64,000 nucleotides of DNA from Chiloscyllium plagiosum (lineage: Eukaryota): NCBI RefSeq assembly GCF_004010195.1, contig NC_057728.1, positions 26,936,699-27,000,698 on the forward strand, given 5' to 3'. Every line of letters begins with the position of its first letter. The stretch's first letter is position 1. The translations under genes and the position numbers were made by a program. Below the pieces are notes generated by a model. That model saw only the letters and a program-made list of their open reading frames with translations. It was not told the DNA's origin and did no database searches. This document shows, in pieces, positions 38,321 through 51,038 of the stretch.

Positions 38321-38839
38321 TGTTAATTGTTTTTGATAAATAATTATTTGACTGATATGGGGTAAGTTTTTTATAAAGTACAAGGGGCTGTTTATTGATG
38401 TCTATTTGCTGTCTTAAATGTGAGCTGATTTGTTTTTGTAATAGGTAATTAAATTGGTACAATGAGGTTCAATTGTCTGCTTGACAATTATCCTGGTGTC
38501 ATTGGGCCATTGTATACATTGACACAGACCGAATTCATGAAAAGCAGTAGCTGAATCTCAGAGTGTGAAGGAGTTTGGAGTTTAATCTCAACTACCAATG
38601 AGCTTTCAAGTGCAGTTGGACAGTTAATTTTGCCTTAAAACAACGTTTGCGTTTGGTGCTGAAAGCTATAAATTTTTAAAAGCTGTGCTTGCTGACACCA
38701 GGAGCATGCGCATTAACAGAGATATTTCTTACAAATGGCTTTACAAATAAGTTTGATTTGGAGTCACCGCAGCAGTGCATTTGAACTTTTTTAGAAGTTT
38801 GTTACAAAAATGAATTTATGTAATAGAAGTTCACTGTGT

Positions 38840-39230
38840 TAGCTGTGGCTGAGTTGGTAGCACACTTGTCCCTGTATTAGAATGTTCAGGATTCTGCTGC
38901 TGCTAGCCCACAGCACCTCATGGACAGGAGCACAAAGATTAAGGTTGGTATTTCAGTTCAATGTTGTGCCATCAGAAGTACTGGCAATTGAATAAGACAT
39001 TTAACTAAGGATCTTTTTGCCCTCTCAAGGAGGATATGAAAGATCTCATGGCATTATTTTGAAGAGGAGCAGGAGAATTATTTGATCATTGCCATTTGCG
39101 AGAGTTTGCAATGTATCAAATGGTTTGCTCATTGACTGCATTAATGCCTACACTTCAAGAGCACTTCACTTGCAGTAAAGCAACTTGCAATGTTCAGTGG
39201 TTGTGATAGATGCATTGTCAATTCTAGTTT
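38840..39230 (+). mobile_element. SacSINE1/AmnSINE-like Deu-domain SINE
   Basis: gctgtggctgagttggtagcac head; tcatggcattattttgaagaggagcaggag; ctacacttcaagagcacttcacttgcagtaaagc. Confidence 0.6.
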
Positions 39231-39719
39231 CTTTGTTGATTTTCTTGGATAGCTGTTAAATACACTCTGTAACATCAGAGCAGTTTCTGGATTGCTCAGT
39301 CAGTACACAGTTGCACGGTGACATTGGACTAGAAATCCAAAGCCCTGGTCAAATCCCATGATGGCCGAGCAGATGGGGAAATTCACATTCAATAAAATCT
39401 GGAATTAAAAGCTGGTCTGTGTAGGCATTCTCGATGAGAATGAACAAAAGGCAAAAACTTATTTGACCTTGCTTTCACCAAACTACCTGTCACCAAAGCA
39501 TCTGATCATGTCAGTACGGTAGGAGTGATGACTACACAATCATTGTGGATCTGGAGTGCTGTGTTCTTGCTGATGATACCCTCCATTATGATGTGTGGCA
39601 TTATCACTTTGTGAAATGGGACAAATTTCAAATAGATCAGACAACCCAAAACTGGGCATCTACGAGGTACTGTGGGCCCATGTCAGCTACAGAATTGTAT
39701 TTAGCCACAACCTGCAACT

Positions 39720-41325
39720 TCATTGTGCAGTCTATCCCCCTGTCCATTGTCACCATCAAGCCAAGAGATGGTTTAATGAAGTGTTCAGGAAGCTATGCTC
39801 GGGGTAACACCAGTCATACCTAAAAGTAAGGTGTCAACCTAGTGAAGCTGCAAAACATGAATACAGAAGTAGCAGCATGCCATAGATAGAGCTAAGGGAT
39901 TCCACAACCAAAGGAATTCCACAGATCAAGGCTCTGCAATCCTGTCACATCCAATCATGAATGGTCATGGACAATTCAACAATTCACTAGAGGAGGAGAT
40001 TCCCTATCATCAGTGTGCTGGAGCCCAGCCCATCACTGCAAAAGTTAAGACTGAAGTATTTGCAGGAATCTTCAAGCCTGAAGTACGAAGTAGATGATCC
40101 ATCTTGATCCTCCAAAGATCTCCAGCATTACCGCTACCAGTCTTCAGCCAATTTGTTACGCTCGATATGATATTAAGTGATAGCCAAAGATGATAGATAT
40201 TGCAAAGGCTATGGGCCCTGACAACATTCCATCAATAGTAATGAAAATGTGCTCCAGAACTAGATGTGCCCCTAGCAAAGCTGTTCCAGGACAGCTACAG
40301 CACAGGTATCTTCCTGACAATGTGGAAAATTGTTCATATATGCCCTTTTTGCAAAAAGCAGCGCAAATCCAACTTGGCCAGTTACTGCCCCATCAGTCTA
40401 CGCTCGATCATCAGTAAACTAAGGGGAGATGTCATCAACAGTGCTACCAAGCAGCATCTGCTCAGAATTAACCTGCTCAGTGACACCCAGTTTGGGTTCT
40501 GCCAGGGCCACTCAGCTCCTGACCTCATTATAGCATTGGCTCAACCATGAACAAAAAGCTGAATTTCAGAGGTGAGGTGAGAGTGACTGTCCTTGACGTC
40601 AAGGGTACATTTGACTAAGTGTAACATCAAGGAGGCCTAGCAAAACTGGAGTCAATGGGAATCAGGGGAGCAAAGTCTCCATTGGTTGGAGTCATACCTG
40701 ACAAAGAGGAAAATGATTGTGATATTTGAAGACCAATTGTATCAGTCCTGGGCTATCTCTGCAGGAGTTCCTCAGAGTAATGTCCTTGGACCAACCATCT
40801 TCAGCTGCTTCATCAGTACCCATTCCTCCATCATAAGGTCAGAAGTGATGCATGTTCACTGATGATTGCACAATATTTAGCACCATTCTCCACACTCAAG
40901 AAGCTCGTCAGCATCAGGAACAAAGCAGTCTGCTTGATTGGCACCCCATCCACCAATTTCAATATTCATTCCCTTTGTGTCCAATGCAAAGTGACAGCAG
41001 CATGCACCATCTATTAGATGCACAGCAATAGCTCACCAAAACTCTTTTGACAACACCTTCCAAACCCTCTACCATCTGAAGGGCAATGATATCAAATACA
41101 TGAGAATATCACCTTCTGCAAGTTTCCTTCCATGTCACACACCATCCTGACTTGAAAGCAGATCACTGTTTCCACGCTGTTGATTCATCAAAATCCTGGA
41201 ACTTCCTTCTTGACAGCATTGTAGACTTCTCTGTACACAAAAAGTGCAGTGATTCAAGAAGGAGGCTCACCACTACCTTCTCAAGGGCAGTTAGGAATGG
41301 GCAATAAGTGCTGATCTGGCCAGTG
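39720..41325 (+). mobile_element. CR1-like LINE (second family), RT remnant plus 3' tail
   Basis: KAMGPDNIP, PLAKLFQ.S...G....WK, Y.PISL.SI.SK, QFGF..GHS, GVPQ..VLGP..F, F.DD motifs in broken frames; tail ttcaagaaggaggctcaccactaccttctcaagggcagttagg. Confidence 0.85.
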
Positions 41326-41870
41326 TCCCCCACATATAATGTACAAAAAGCAACTCTAGATTGCTCTAATCCAAGAGATAGTGGCAGACAGTGCGAGAAT
41401 AGTAGAATTAAAGCAGTGGCTGACAATCTTATGGCGCAGAGACCAGATCTCACCAATGCAAGGAACCCCTCTGTTTTTGTAACTGACCATATGATAAAAT
41501 CCATTTTGTACTGTGCAAGCCTGCAATATGTGAATATCGTAACATTTCAAACAGGCAGTTTGAAAGATACTGTGAGGAACTATGGTGCGGCCTATTGCGA
41601 AGTTTTCAATTGGTCACACAGAACAATTTAAAGCTCACCGAACAGTCAATTGTAGCAATTCTGAAATTGGACAACATTTTTTGGATATTCCCGAGTCTTC
41701 AAATAATAATGCTGACAATTAATTTAGGATTGTCAGCTGGGCTGATAGTGTAGTGCTTCATAAATTAATCCACTGGGCCCTGTTCTTTGCTATAGACAGA
41801 ACATGTACACACACTGTGCCTGTTTCATGCAACAATAGGTGTCAAATATTGCTCAAGGCAATGCCCTGAC

Positions 41871-41932
41871 TAAACAGAGCCAACCTGACTGTTTGAGTAT
41901 TTAAACAGAGCCAACCTGACTGTTTGAGTATT
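41871..41932. repeat. Perfect 31-bp tandem duplication
   Basis: taaacagagccaacctgactgtttgagtatt x2. Confidence 0.9.
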
Positions 41933-42287
41933 TAAACAAAGCTCCCGTGACTTCATCAATAATCGATGCATTCTTCAAGGCAATGCCTGTATAAATTAGA
42001 GTCCATTTGCTAATCAATCAGTACTATACTCTCAAGCAATATAAATGTTGATTTTTTTCCTTGAATTTCTATTCTGGTAAATTGTCTGGATGAGTGCAAT
42101 ACTAAAACAAACTTCATAAAATGTGTATTTTTTGAGCAATGCTAAAGTTCTGTTTTACCAAGTGACCAGATTATGGTCCTAACCAATGTTGTAGCTCCAA
42201 GAGCAAACAGACTAACATGAAAGGTTGCGGGGCCCATGACTTACAGTGGACGAGCGAATAGTATACACCAAGTTGAAAATCAAGACT

Positions 42288-42441
42288 AAATAAAAACTGA
42301 AAGAACTGCGGATGCTAAAAATCAGAAATAAAAACAGAAGTTGCTGGAAAAGTTCAGCAGGTCTTGCAGCATCTGTGAAGAGAAATCAAAGTGAATGTTT
42401 CAGGTCTGGTGACTCTTCCTCAGAACTGATGTTAGTTAAGG
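42288..42441 (-). mobile_element. Penelope terminal fragment with hammerhead core and an 11-bp TSD
   Basis: TSD aaatcaagact at 42277-42287 and 42442-42452; minus strand GUU-CUGAGGA-AGAGUC-ACCA-GACCU-GAAAC at 42397-42426. Confidence 0.75.
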
Positions 42442-43597
42442 AAATCAAGACTTCTAGAAGGGGCAACTTTTGAATTACTTCTTGTGATGTCCTATGTACA
42501 AACTAAAAAAATATTAGGAAGCTTAATTGACATAGGAGTGAGTCCTTTGTATTCTTTTAGTGTGTTGAAGCAAATTCTGGAATGAGATTTGAGAAATCCC
42601 AATTGCAACACATGAAATTTAATGTGGAGAACTATAAAGTGATACATTTGTTAGAAGAGTGTGGAGAGTCATGATACACTATACAATGCAATTTTTAAGA
42701 GAATGCAGGAATGCAAAGAACTGAGAGTGTATGAATACAAATCTTTGAATATGTAAAGGTAAGTTAAGAAACCTGCTAAAGGCAGATTGAATTTTTGTTT
42801 TTATTGGTAGATACAGAGAGTACAAAAGCAAGCAAGTTATACTCAACCTTTAAACAATACCGTAATACAATCCCTGCAGAGATCAATAACTTTTAAAAAG
42901 CTATTTGAATTTCCAGGGACCTATTCAGTGAATTTCACAACAGGATTTCAAGTTTTAAGACTTTTATTGTAACAAAATAAAACTAAAAGCAACGGTTTTG
43001 AATTACTGACTTGACACTACTATCCAATTCTTCAAGGATCTTCCAATGCCTGCTGACAGAGAAGTGGACTATGTAGCACATTCTCTCTAATGTCAATTAG
43101 TGGAGTAGAAAGGGAGGAAGGAGAGGACTAGTCCTCTTATCATTGCAGCTGTACCCAGTGATGGTTTTAAAACCCTGAGTCTTTAATGAATGATTGAGAG
43201 CAGTGAATGGGTGAGTGGGTAGGTAGAGAGGTGGGCAGTTGGGTGTGGTGGGCTGATGGTTGATTTGTAGATTTATGATCCTCTAGGTGTTCATATTGAG
43301 AGATTCAGCCACGGTATTTACATCTCTAACATAGAAACAGAGTGGACAACAAAGAAGTAATTCCACAATATATTATACTGACCAATTCAATTCACAGTCA
43401 TAATTTAGGATGACAGCCCACCAATTTGCCACAGCGTGCACAGCATTGTAAGCTGCAGTCCCGTAACTTTACATACTGACCCTCATTGATAGAGCTAAGC
43501 TGTGATATGGATTTCAACTTCTGGCATTCTCCCCAAGATTCTGACTCCGATAACAAACCAGCATTGAAACTATTGAACGAGTTGTATGAAAACAAGG

Positions 43598-44120
43598 TCA
43601 TAGAGTCATACAGCAAGGAAACTGGCCCTTTGGCCCACCATGTCTATGCTAACCAACAAGCACCAAACTACTCTAATCCCATTTACCCACATTTGGTCCA
43701 TAGGCTACTATACCCTGGTATTTTAAGTACTCATCCCAATGCTTCTTAAATGTTGTGAGAGTATCTGCCTCACCACCCTCTCAGGTAGCGAGTTCCATAT
43801 TTCTACCACCCTCTGAGTGAAAAATATTTTCCTCAGATCTCCTCTAAACCACTTACTCTTCACCTTAACTTACACCCTCCAGTCTTAGATATGTCTGTAA
43901 TGGGGAAGAGATTCTCACAATCTACTTGGGCTGTGTCTCTCATAATTTTGTATACCTCAATCAGATCCCCCTTCAGCCTCTTCTGCTCCAGAAGAAAACA
44001 AACACAGCTTATCCCGTCTCTCCTCATAACTGAAACTTTCCATCCCAGGCAACATCCTGGTGTATCTTCTCTGCACCATTCCCAGTGCAAACATATCCTT
44101 CCAATAGTGAGGTTTCAGAA
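43598..44120 (-). mobile_element. CR1 LINE 3' end
   Basis: ORF 43860-44090 LEQKRLKGDLIEVYKIMR; tail tcatagagtcatacagc. Confidence 0.85.
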
Positions 44121-45699
44121 TCCTATTACATTAAAAAAATTGCAAGACAGATTCACCAAGATGATCCGAGAAAAAGAAAAGAGTAAGCTATGAAATGGTA
44201 TTCATTAGAGCAGAATATTAACAGGGGATCTGTAGAAGTGTCCAATGCTTTGAAAAGGTTTGTGAAGGTTTACAGCACAAAATTATTTCCACTGGGCAGT
44301 AAACCATTAGGAATTACATCTGAATTTAGAATTAGTATTAGAAGTAGGAGGGGAATGGAATTGTGGAATTGGAGAAGATTTTCATGTAAGTACTAATTAG
44401 ACTATAAAATACATTACCACAAGTGGCTTTTGAAAGTTCAGATTATTGGAACATTTAAGTGAAAATTAAATAACATCTAAAGGATATGGGGAAAGAGCAG
44501 AGAAATCAGATTAGACTGGAGCCAGCACTGATACAGATGTAATGGGCAAATTAGACTTGGCAACATTCCAGGATTGTCTTGAAGTCTCCAGGAATTAAAG
44601 ATTCATCTCCTGGTGACGATGCAAACAGTCCTGGAGAAAAGTCACGGGATACGAAAAAGTTTCTGAAATCTTATGGTTTCCATATTGTTGGAACAATGAT
44701 GCAGGACTGAAGCTATGGATTGGGGCTCTTTGGATTTTTGCTCATGCTGATCTTTTAGAAATGTTCCTGGAAATTTCAATTTCTGGTGGGCAATTCCCCT
44801 ACTTACTACACACACACACACCAGTGCCCATGGGTGTCTCCAACTCTTGAGTTAGAGACAGATTTCAGATAGTTCTGTAGTACTTACCCAGGTAGAAACT
44901 CAATCTTATTAGACAGACAAACCTAATTTAATATCTGACTAACTACTCAACTGACTCCTACTCACTGACTGTTACCTTGACCAAGCGATTACTTCTGACT
45001 CAAACCCCCCCCATCTCCCCCGAATCAGCATCTACCATCTGACGATTCGACTGTCCAACTACCCACAATATGATCTTTTGCTTCAACACCATTTTCCTCT
45101 ACTATCTCAAATCCATTAATTTTTTTTTTAGTATGTCAATGCCAATCCCAGTCATTAACATACTCAACGACTGAATCTCCATAGCCCTCTGGAGTAGAGA
45201 ATTCCAAAGATTCACCATCCTCTAAGTGAAGGAATTCCACCTCATCTCTAATGGTCTTCCTCTTTCTAAGACTGTGTTCCCTAGCTCTAGACCACCACCT
45301 CTCCCAACCAGAGAACACATCTTCCTGCATGTACCTTGTCAATCCCTGTAAGAATTGTATATGTATGAGTGAGCTCACTTTTCATTCTTTTAAACTCCAG
45401 AGATCTTTACTCATTGGACAATCCCTACATCCCAGGAATTAGATGGATGAACCTTTGTTGCATATCCTGTATAGTAAGTACACCTTTCCATGGGTAAAGC
45501 GATCTAGGCTATACAGAATACTCCAGGTGTTGTCTCAGCAAGGCTCTATATAATTGCAATAAGACACCTTTACTCCTATACTCAAATTCTCTTTAATAAA
45601 GGCCAACATATCATTTTATTTCCTAATTGTTTGCTCTACCTGCAAGTTATTTTCAGTGACTCATGAACAATGATATGGATCAAGTAATTTTGTTTTTTA

Positions 45700-45925
45700 A
45701 AGGGTGCAGAAAAGATTTACCAGGATGTTACCAGGTCTGGAGGCTTTAAGTTATAAGGAGAGGCTGCACAGGCTGGATTTTTTTTACCTGGAGCATATGA
45801 GGTTGAGGGGTGACCTTACAGAGGTTTATAAAATAATGAGGGGCATGGATAAAGTGAATAGCAAAGGTCATTTTATTAGCTTAGGGCAATTCAAAACTAG
45901 AGGACCTAATTTTAGGGTGAGAAGG
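45700..45925 (+). mobile_element. HER1/CR1 LINE fragment
   Basis: QKRFTRMLPGLEALSYKERL...LRGDLTEVYKIMRGMDKV. Confidence 0.88.
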
Positions 45926-45949
45926 GATTTGGGGTAAATGCTATAGCAA

Positions 45950-46382
45950 GTCATTGAGTCATATCGCATGGAAATAGATCCTTTGGTTAACTCATCCACA
46001 CTAACCAGACATCTCAATCTGACCTAGTCCCATTTGCCAGCATTTGAATACCCCTCTAAAATTCCTCTAAACCTTTCTAATTCATGTACCCATCCAGATG
46101 CCTTTTAAATGTTGTAATTGCACCCACCACTTCATATGACAGCTCATTCCATGCACACACCATCCTCTGTGCAGAAAATGTTATCCCTTAGGTCCTTGTT
46201 AAATCTTCCCCTCTCACCTTAAATCTATGCCCTCAAGTTTTGGACTCCCTTGCACTGGGAAAAAATACCTTATCCATGCCCTACAAGATTTTATAAACCT
46301 CTGTAAGGTTACCCACAGTCTCTGAGGTTCCAGGGAGAAAAGCCCCAGCCTATTCAACCTCTCGCTATAATTCAAACCCAGA
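45950..46382 (-). mobile_element. HER1/CR1 LINE 3' end (tail-to-tail with the previous copy)
   Basis: Antisense of the 16165-16610 segment. Confidence 0.88.
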
Positions 46383-46708
46383 TCTGGCACATTTGATTTG
46401 ATTTATTTACTATTGTCACATGTACCAAGATACAGTGAAAAGTATTATTTAGTGTGCTAACTAGACAAATCATATCTTATGCAGTACATTAGGGTAATGG
46501 AACAGAATGCAGAAAGTGCAGAGAAAGGTCAACTGTAATAAATGAGAGGTCTGTTCATAAGTCTGATAATAGCAGAGATGATAACGTAGGAAAGCACTCA
46601 GACCATATCATGCAGGCAATAGTGTTTGACCCAAGTCAAACACTAGGGGAAGGTAGATGGTTGAAAGCTTAGTTTTAAGTTCATCTTAAAACATGCTTGG
46701 ATGGCATG

Positions 46709-46804
46709 GTTACCATGGGAACAGAGGGGGCCAAGGTGAGACTTTCCAAGTGCAAGGTGCAAAATGTTCATTTCTGAAACAAAGGCAAGAGTAGCTATGG
46801 TAAC
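46709..46804. promoter_or_regulatory. Pair of RFX X-box motifs
   Basis: GTTACCATGGGAAC (46709-46722) and GTAGCTATGGTAAC (46791-46804) match the X-box consensus GTHNYYATRRNAAC. Confidence 0.45.
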
Positions 46805-47994
46805 TGTAGACAGACATCCTGTCTCAGAATTATTTTGTTAATGAGATGGAGCGAGAGAGAGAAACGGTGGTGGTGGGGTTTCTCTCAAAGAGAAAAACAT
46901 GCTGCAGCAAGGGGAGTGTACTGTGCTTCTCTGTACAGCCAGTCAGAATGTAGAAAGCAATGTTTCAACCTGGATTTGCCCATCTGGATAAATTAAAATC
47001 AGATCTCAAGGTGTCCCTCCAAAGAGTATTTGTTTACATCAAATATAGTTGGATCTTGCAGTAAGCAATCTTTTGCCCTAAGCCCCTCTAATTCACCCTT
47101 CTATCAGAGATTGTCTCACATGACTAATGAGATCACAGCTACATTGCAGCATACCTGTGAGGTGTACCTTTGAAGGGAACACAATCTCTGGTTGAAGAGA
47201 TATATTCTGTGACAATCTAAAGATGCTGGGTGATTTGTCCTTCACTTGCCAGGGAGAAAGGAAGCCCAAGGAGCAGGTCTGACAGCAACTAGGTGGTTTG
47301 GAACTTCTGAAGAAACTGAGGGAAACATCTTTCAACCATCATTCAGTAAAAGGAGGAGACATAAACTCATGGAAGATGGAAATGATTATGGACTGTGTAC
47401 CTTTCACATTTTAAACCTCCGGCAGCAGACTGGAAAATGTATATCAAAAGATGATCCTTCACCAGACCTGCTTTCTTCCCACAGATGCTGCCTGATCTGA
47501 TGAGTTTCACCAGCAATTTCTGTTTTTGTTTCAGATCTCCAGCACCATAGTTCTTTATTGCATTTTCGTGTCTCATTGATAATGGTTCAAATATTACAGT
47601 CTCTGGATTAACAGACACCAGACACATGATGGATGATTTATGCCAGGACCTGATGGACCTCCTGACACACAGACTAAATGGGAATTGTGTGGGAAGTTTA
47701 CAGTTCTGTAGGGCTGTTTCCCAGCTGCGTCTCTGCAAATGCTTGTGGCCTTGAACATGGGGGCAGAGACTTGGGCTGTATACACATGACTTTCCCGAAT
47801 ATCTACCAGGAAATTTAAGAAGGTTTAACACCTGGTTTAGTAGATAACTCCACAATCATCATTCCCACTCCAACTGTTTATCTGACCATTCACCCCAAAT
47901 CAGCATGAATATTCAGACCTGAAATAAAATAGAAATTGCTGGACATACTCAGCAGGTCTGATAGCATTTGTGGAGAGAATGCAGAATTAACATA

Positions 47995-48425
47995 AGTGGG
48001 TAAAGGGAGAAGAGGGCCAATCGGTGGATGTTAGGATGTCAAGCGTGGAAGGGACAAGTGGGTGGTATTGTTAGGATGCCAGGTGGGTAAGAGGTGAGGG
48101 GTCGGTGAATGATGCAGTAGGATGCTAGGTGGATGGGGACAGGGTTACTGGTTGGCAAAAGGGGAAGGTAGATGGTTGAAAGCTTAGGTTAGGTTAGGGT
48201 TCCAGTGTAAAGTAGGTTGTGGGATTGGGAGGTAGGGAGTTGGGTCAAGTTAGGACAGTAGTGGGGGGGGTTTGGGGGGGACATTGGGACCAAGGAGACA
48301 TTTGTGGGGTGTTGTTTCAATAAGGTTTGGGGGGGAATGGGATTGATAGGTCTTTGGGCATCCGGTGAGGACAGAGTTGGGAATGGGGGTGTCTGGTGGA
48401 ATTGTAGAGGTGGGACACATAGGGT
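47995..48425 (+). repeat. G-rich low-complexity tract (potential G-quadruplex)
   Basis: Many GGG to G8 runs and a short degenerate tgttaggatgcca repeat. Confidence 0.6.
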
Positions 48426-49427
48426 TTTAATCTTTCCAACATTTCCTAGCTAACTGTAAATAAGTCAGAACCATCTGAAGTCTCCCAACTCTTCAGAGTT
48501 GGGACATTTTTAGGACAGTTCCTGAAGTTGGAACCAATAGAAGTTTGAACTTCCCAGGCAACTGCCATGGAGTTAGCTGCTATGGGATTTCCACATGGTC
48601 CCAATGTATAATTCCAGTCTACATTTCCGGAATGACTGCCTTCCTATCTGAAGATCTGTGCTAATATTAAATACACCATTCAAATATCAACATCAATTAA
48701 GTTCAATCAACATTGGCACATTGAGCACCCTTTTGTTGGATGTAAACAGCAAAGCAGGCGAATTTTCTTCAGCTGGTTAGAGTAGTCCTTATTCCTGAAT
48801 CTTGCAGAAATAGATGACTGAAATAGACATGATCACTTTGAGTATTCCTGGGAAGGATATTAACTCTATGTAATGCACAAACCATATTATACTTCCAAGT
48901 GTTACAGGGACCAAAATTAAATTTCTATCTATTACTGGATCTAATATTACAAGCTCAATTACAGAATCTCATCCATACAAAGGATATTTGTCAGTGGGCA
49001 CTCCAAGTCTCGGATCAATATAAAATGTTGGTCTACCACAATTGGAGAGAATCAGAAACAGACTAAAGTTGAGACAGAGATAGAGAGTACCAGCTTATCA
49101 TGCTCTTCAGTGCTGGAATAATCCATATATAGGTTAAAAGTAGCATCCCATTAACAGGAGCCTCTGGAAGACATCCTGTGTGATTGCACTGAGTGTGTAA
49201 TTTTAAGATTGTGAAATTACAGAATGTGTGAAGCAGAACAACCTTGATCTAAGCGATATACTGTGGTGATGGGGTTACTCCTGACAACTGGAAATTATAA
49301 AGTACAAACCTGTTGTCCTGAGCCTCATTCTTGTTTTTGAAATTGAAATTTGGTAATCCCCATTCTGCACCCTATTTGCGTCCACGATTTAAATGGAAAT
49401 TGTCCTTAATTAGGGTTTTCAAATCTT

Positions 49428-49608
49428 CTAGGAGAAAGTGAGGACTACAGATGCTGAAGATCACAGTCAAAAAGTGTGACGCTGGAAAAGCACAGCCGGG
49501 CAGGCAGCTGGTCTTCCTGATGAAGAGCTTATGCTTGAAACATGGACTTTCTGCTCCTCGAATACTGGCTGACCACCTGTGCTTTTCTAACACCACACTT
49601 TTTGACCT
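49428..49608. mobile_element. Penelope-derived hairpin element with hammerhead core and a 15-bp TSD
   Basis: TSD gggttttcaaatctt at 49413-49427 and 49609-49623; CTGATGA-AGAGC-TTAT-GCTT-GAAAC at 49517-49541. Confidence 0.82.
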
Positions 49609-50399
49609 GGGTTTTCAAATCTTATCCATCACCACTGAAGTACTGTCAGACTAAAATATTGTCCAACAGTCACCCCAGACCTGTCTTTGTCTTGGTTTAA
49701 AATCAGCAAAGCAAAACAACCCTGTGTGAGAGATAACCAGCCTCGGCAATTTGCCAATTTTTATTTTAATTGTAGATTGACACTTATGACTTCATAAAGT
49801 ACATCAGTCTTGGCAGAGTAGTACACTGCATCTCATTGTCAGTCAGGACTGTTTCAGAAGCAGTTCATTGATTCAGTCTTGGAACACTTTGCTCCTATAC
49901 ATTGTAAACAATGAACAAGCAAATATAATTACTAAAAATCTTAACGGGAAACTTTGAGGGAAAAGTTTCATCGTAGACAGGGATGAGTAGGGTAGACTTG
50001 GAGGGGTTCGTGTAGGTTGCTGAAAGCCTTGCCTGAACAGTCATTTTCATGATTTGACAACAATGGTAATAATTTGTAGTTATATTATACTTTTAACATA
50101 TGGAATTACCCTAAAGCATTTCACAAGAATGATGTCAAACAACATTTTGCTACCAAACCATATGTAGTGATATAGCTCTGATATCCAAAGATTTGACCGA
50201 AGATGTATATTTTAATAGCACCTTAAAGAAATTAAAAACTGTAGGTAGGTTTTGGGAGGGAATTTCAATGCTTAAGTGTAGACAGCTGAAGGAATAGAGT
50301 GTACACATTTTCTCAAAAAGTTGTGGGATTGGAGGACGTTGCACAGATAGGGAGGAATAGGTAAGTTCATGAAAACAAGTAACTGGATTTTAAAATTAA

Positions 50400-50628
50400 G
50401 ATAATAAAACAGAAATTGCTGGCAAAAGCATCAGGTCTGACAGCATCTGTCAGGAAAAAAGGAGAGTTAATGTTGCAAGTCTGGTGACTCTTCATGATCT
50501 GCAGAGAAGTCACCTGACTCAATGTCAACTGTGTTTTCTCTCCAGAGATGCTACCCAACCTACTGATTTTTGCCAGCAATTTCTGTCTTTATTTCAGATC
50601 TCCAGCATCCGCAGTTCTTTGTTTTATC
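50400..50628. mobile_element. Penelope-derived palindromic element (6891/42288 family)
   Basis: Inverted arms acagaaattgctggcaaaa / ttttgccagcaatttctgt. Further relatives lie at about 47445-47560, 47920-47990, 58290-58430, 59470-59600 and 60775-60915. Confidence 0.7.
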
Positions 50629-50835
50629 TTAAAACGAAGGAGTTGTTTAATTAGGAACCACTGCAGGACCACAAATGTGAACTGGGTTGATATGAAGTGG
50701 GCAACAGACTTTTGGATAACCTCACATTTATGAATAGTCATTTCTGGAGTGAATAAAAGTTTTGAGGAGGATTTCAGCAGCAGGAGAGCAGAGGCAGTAA
50801 TAGGATCAGGCAATGTACTAGAAATGCAAATGGGT

Positions 50836-51038
50836 ATAGAACATAGAACATAGAAGAATACAGCGCAGTACAGGCCCTTCGGCCCTCGATGTTGCGCCGA
50901 TCCAAGCCCACCTAACCTACACTAGCCCACTATCCTCCATATGCCTATCCAATGCCCGCTTAAATGCCCATAATGAGGGAGAGTCCACCACTGCTACTGG
51001 CAGGGCATTCCATGAACTCACGACTCACTGAGTAAAGA
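50836..51038 (-). mobile_element. Young CR1 LINE 3' end with (ATAGAAC)n tail
   Basis: atagaacatagaacatagaag tail, CpG-retaining hairpin caggcccttcggccc, RT-end sequence. Confidence 0.8.

Noticed and set aside
41163-41631. Overlapping 107-113 aa ORFs on both strands
   Set aside because: Partly within a LINE 3' tail; no motifs or consistent splice signals.
43486-43749. Protein-looking ORF (DMDFNFWHSPQDSDSDNKPALKLLNELYENK)
   Set aside because: It runs directly into an antisense CR1 3' tail, with no donor site and no recognisable homology.
47200-47283. BH3-like peptide NLKMLGDL on the plus strand as a BIK exon
   Set aside because: Wrong strand for the expected synteny, in-frame stops immediately before and shortly after, and no good splice sites.
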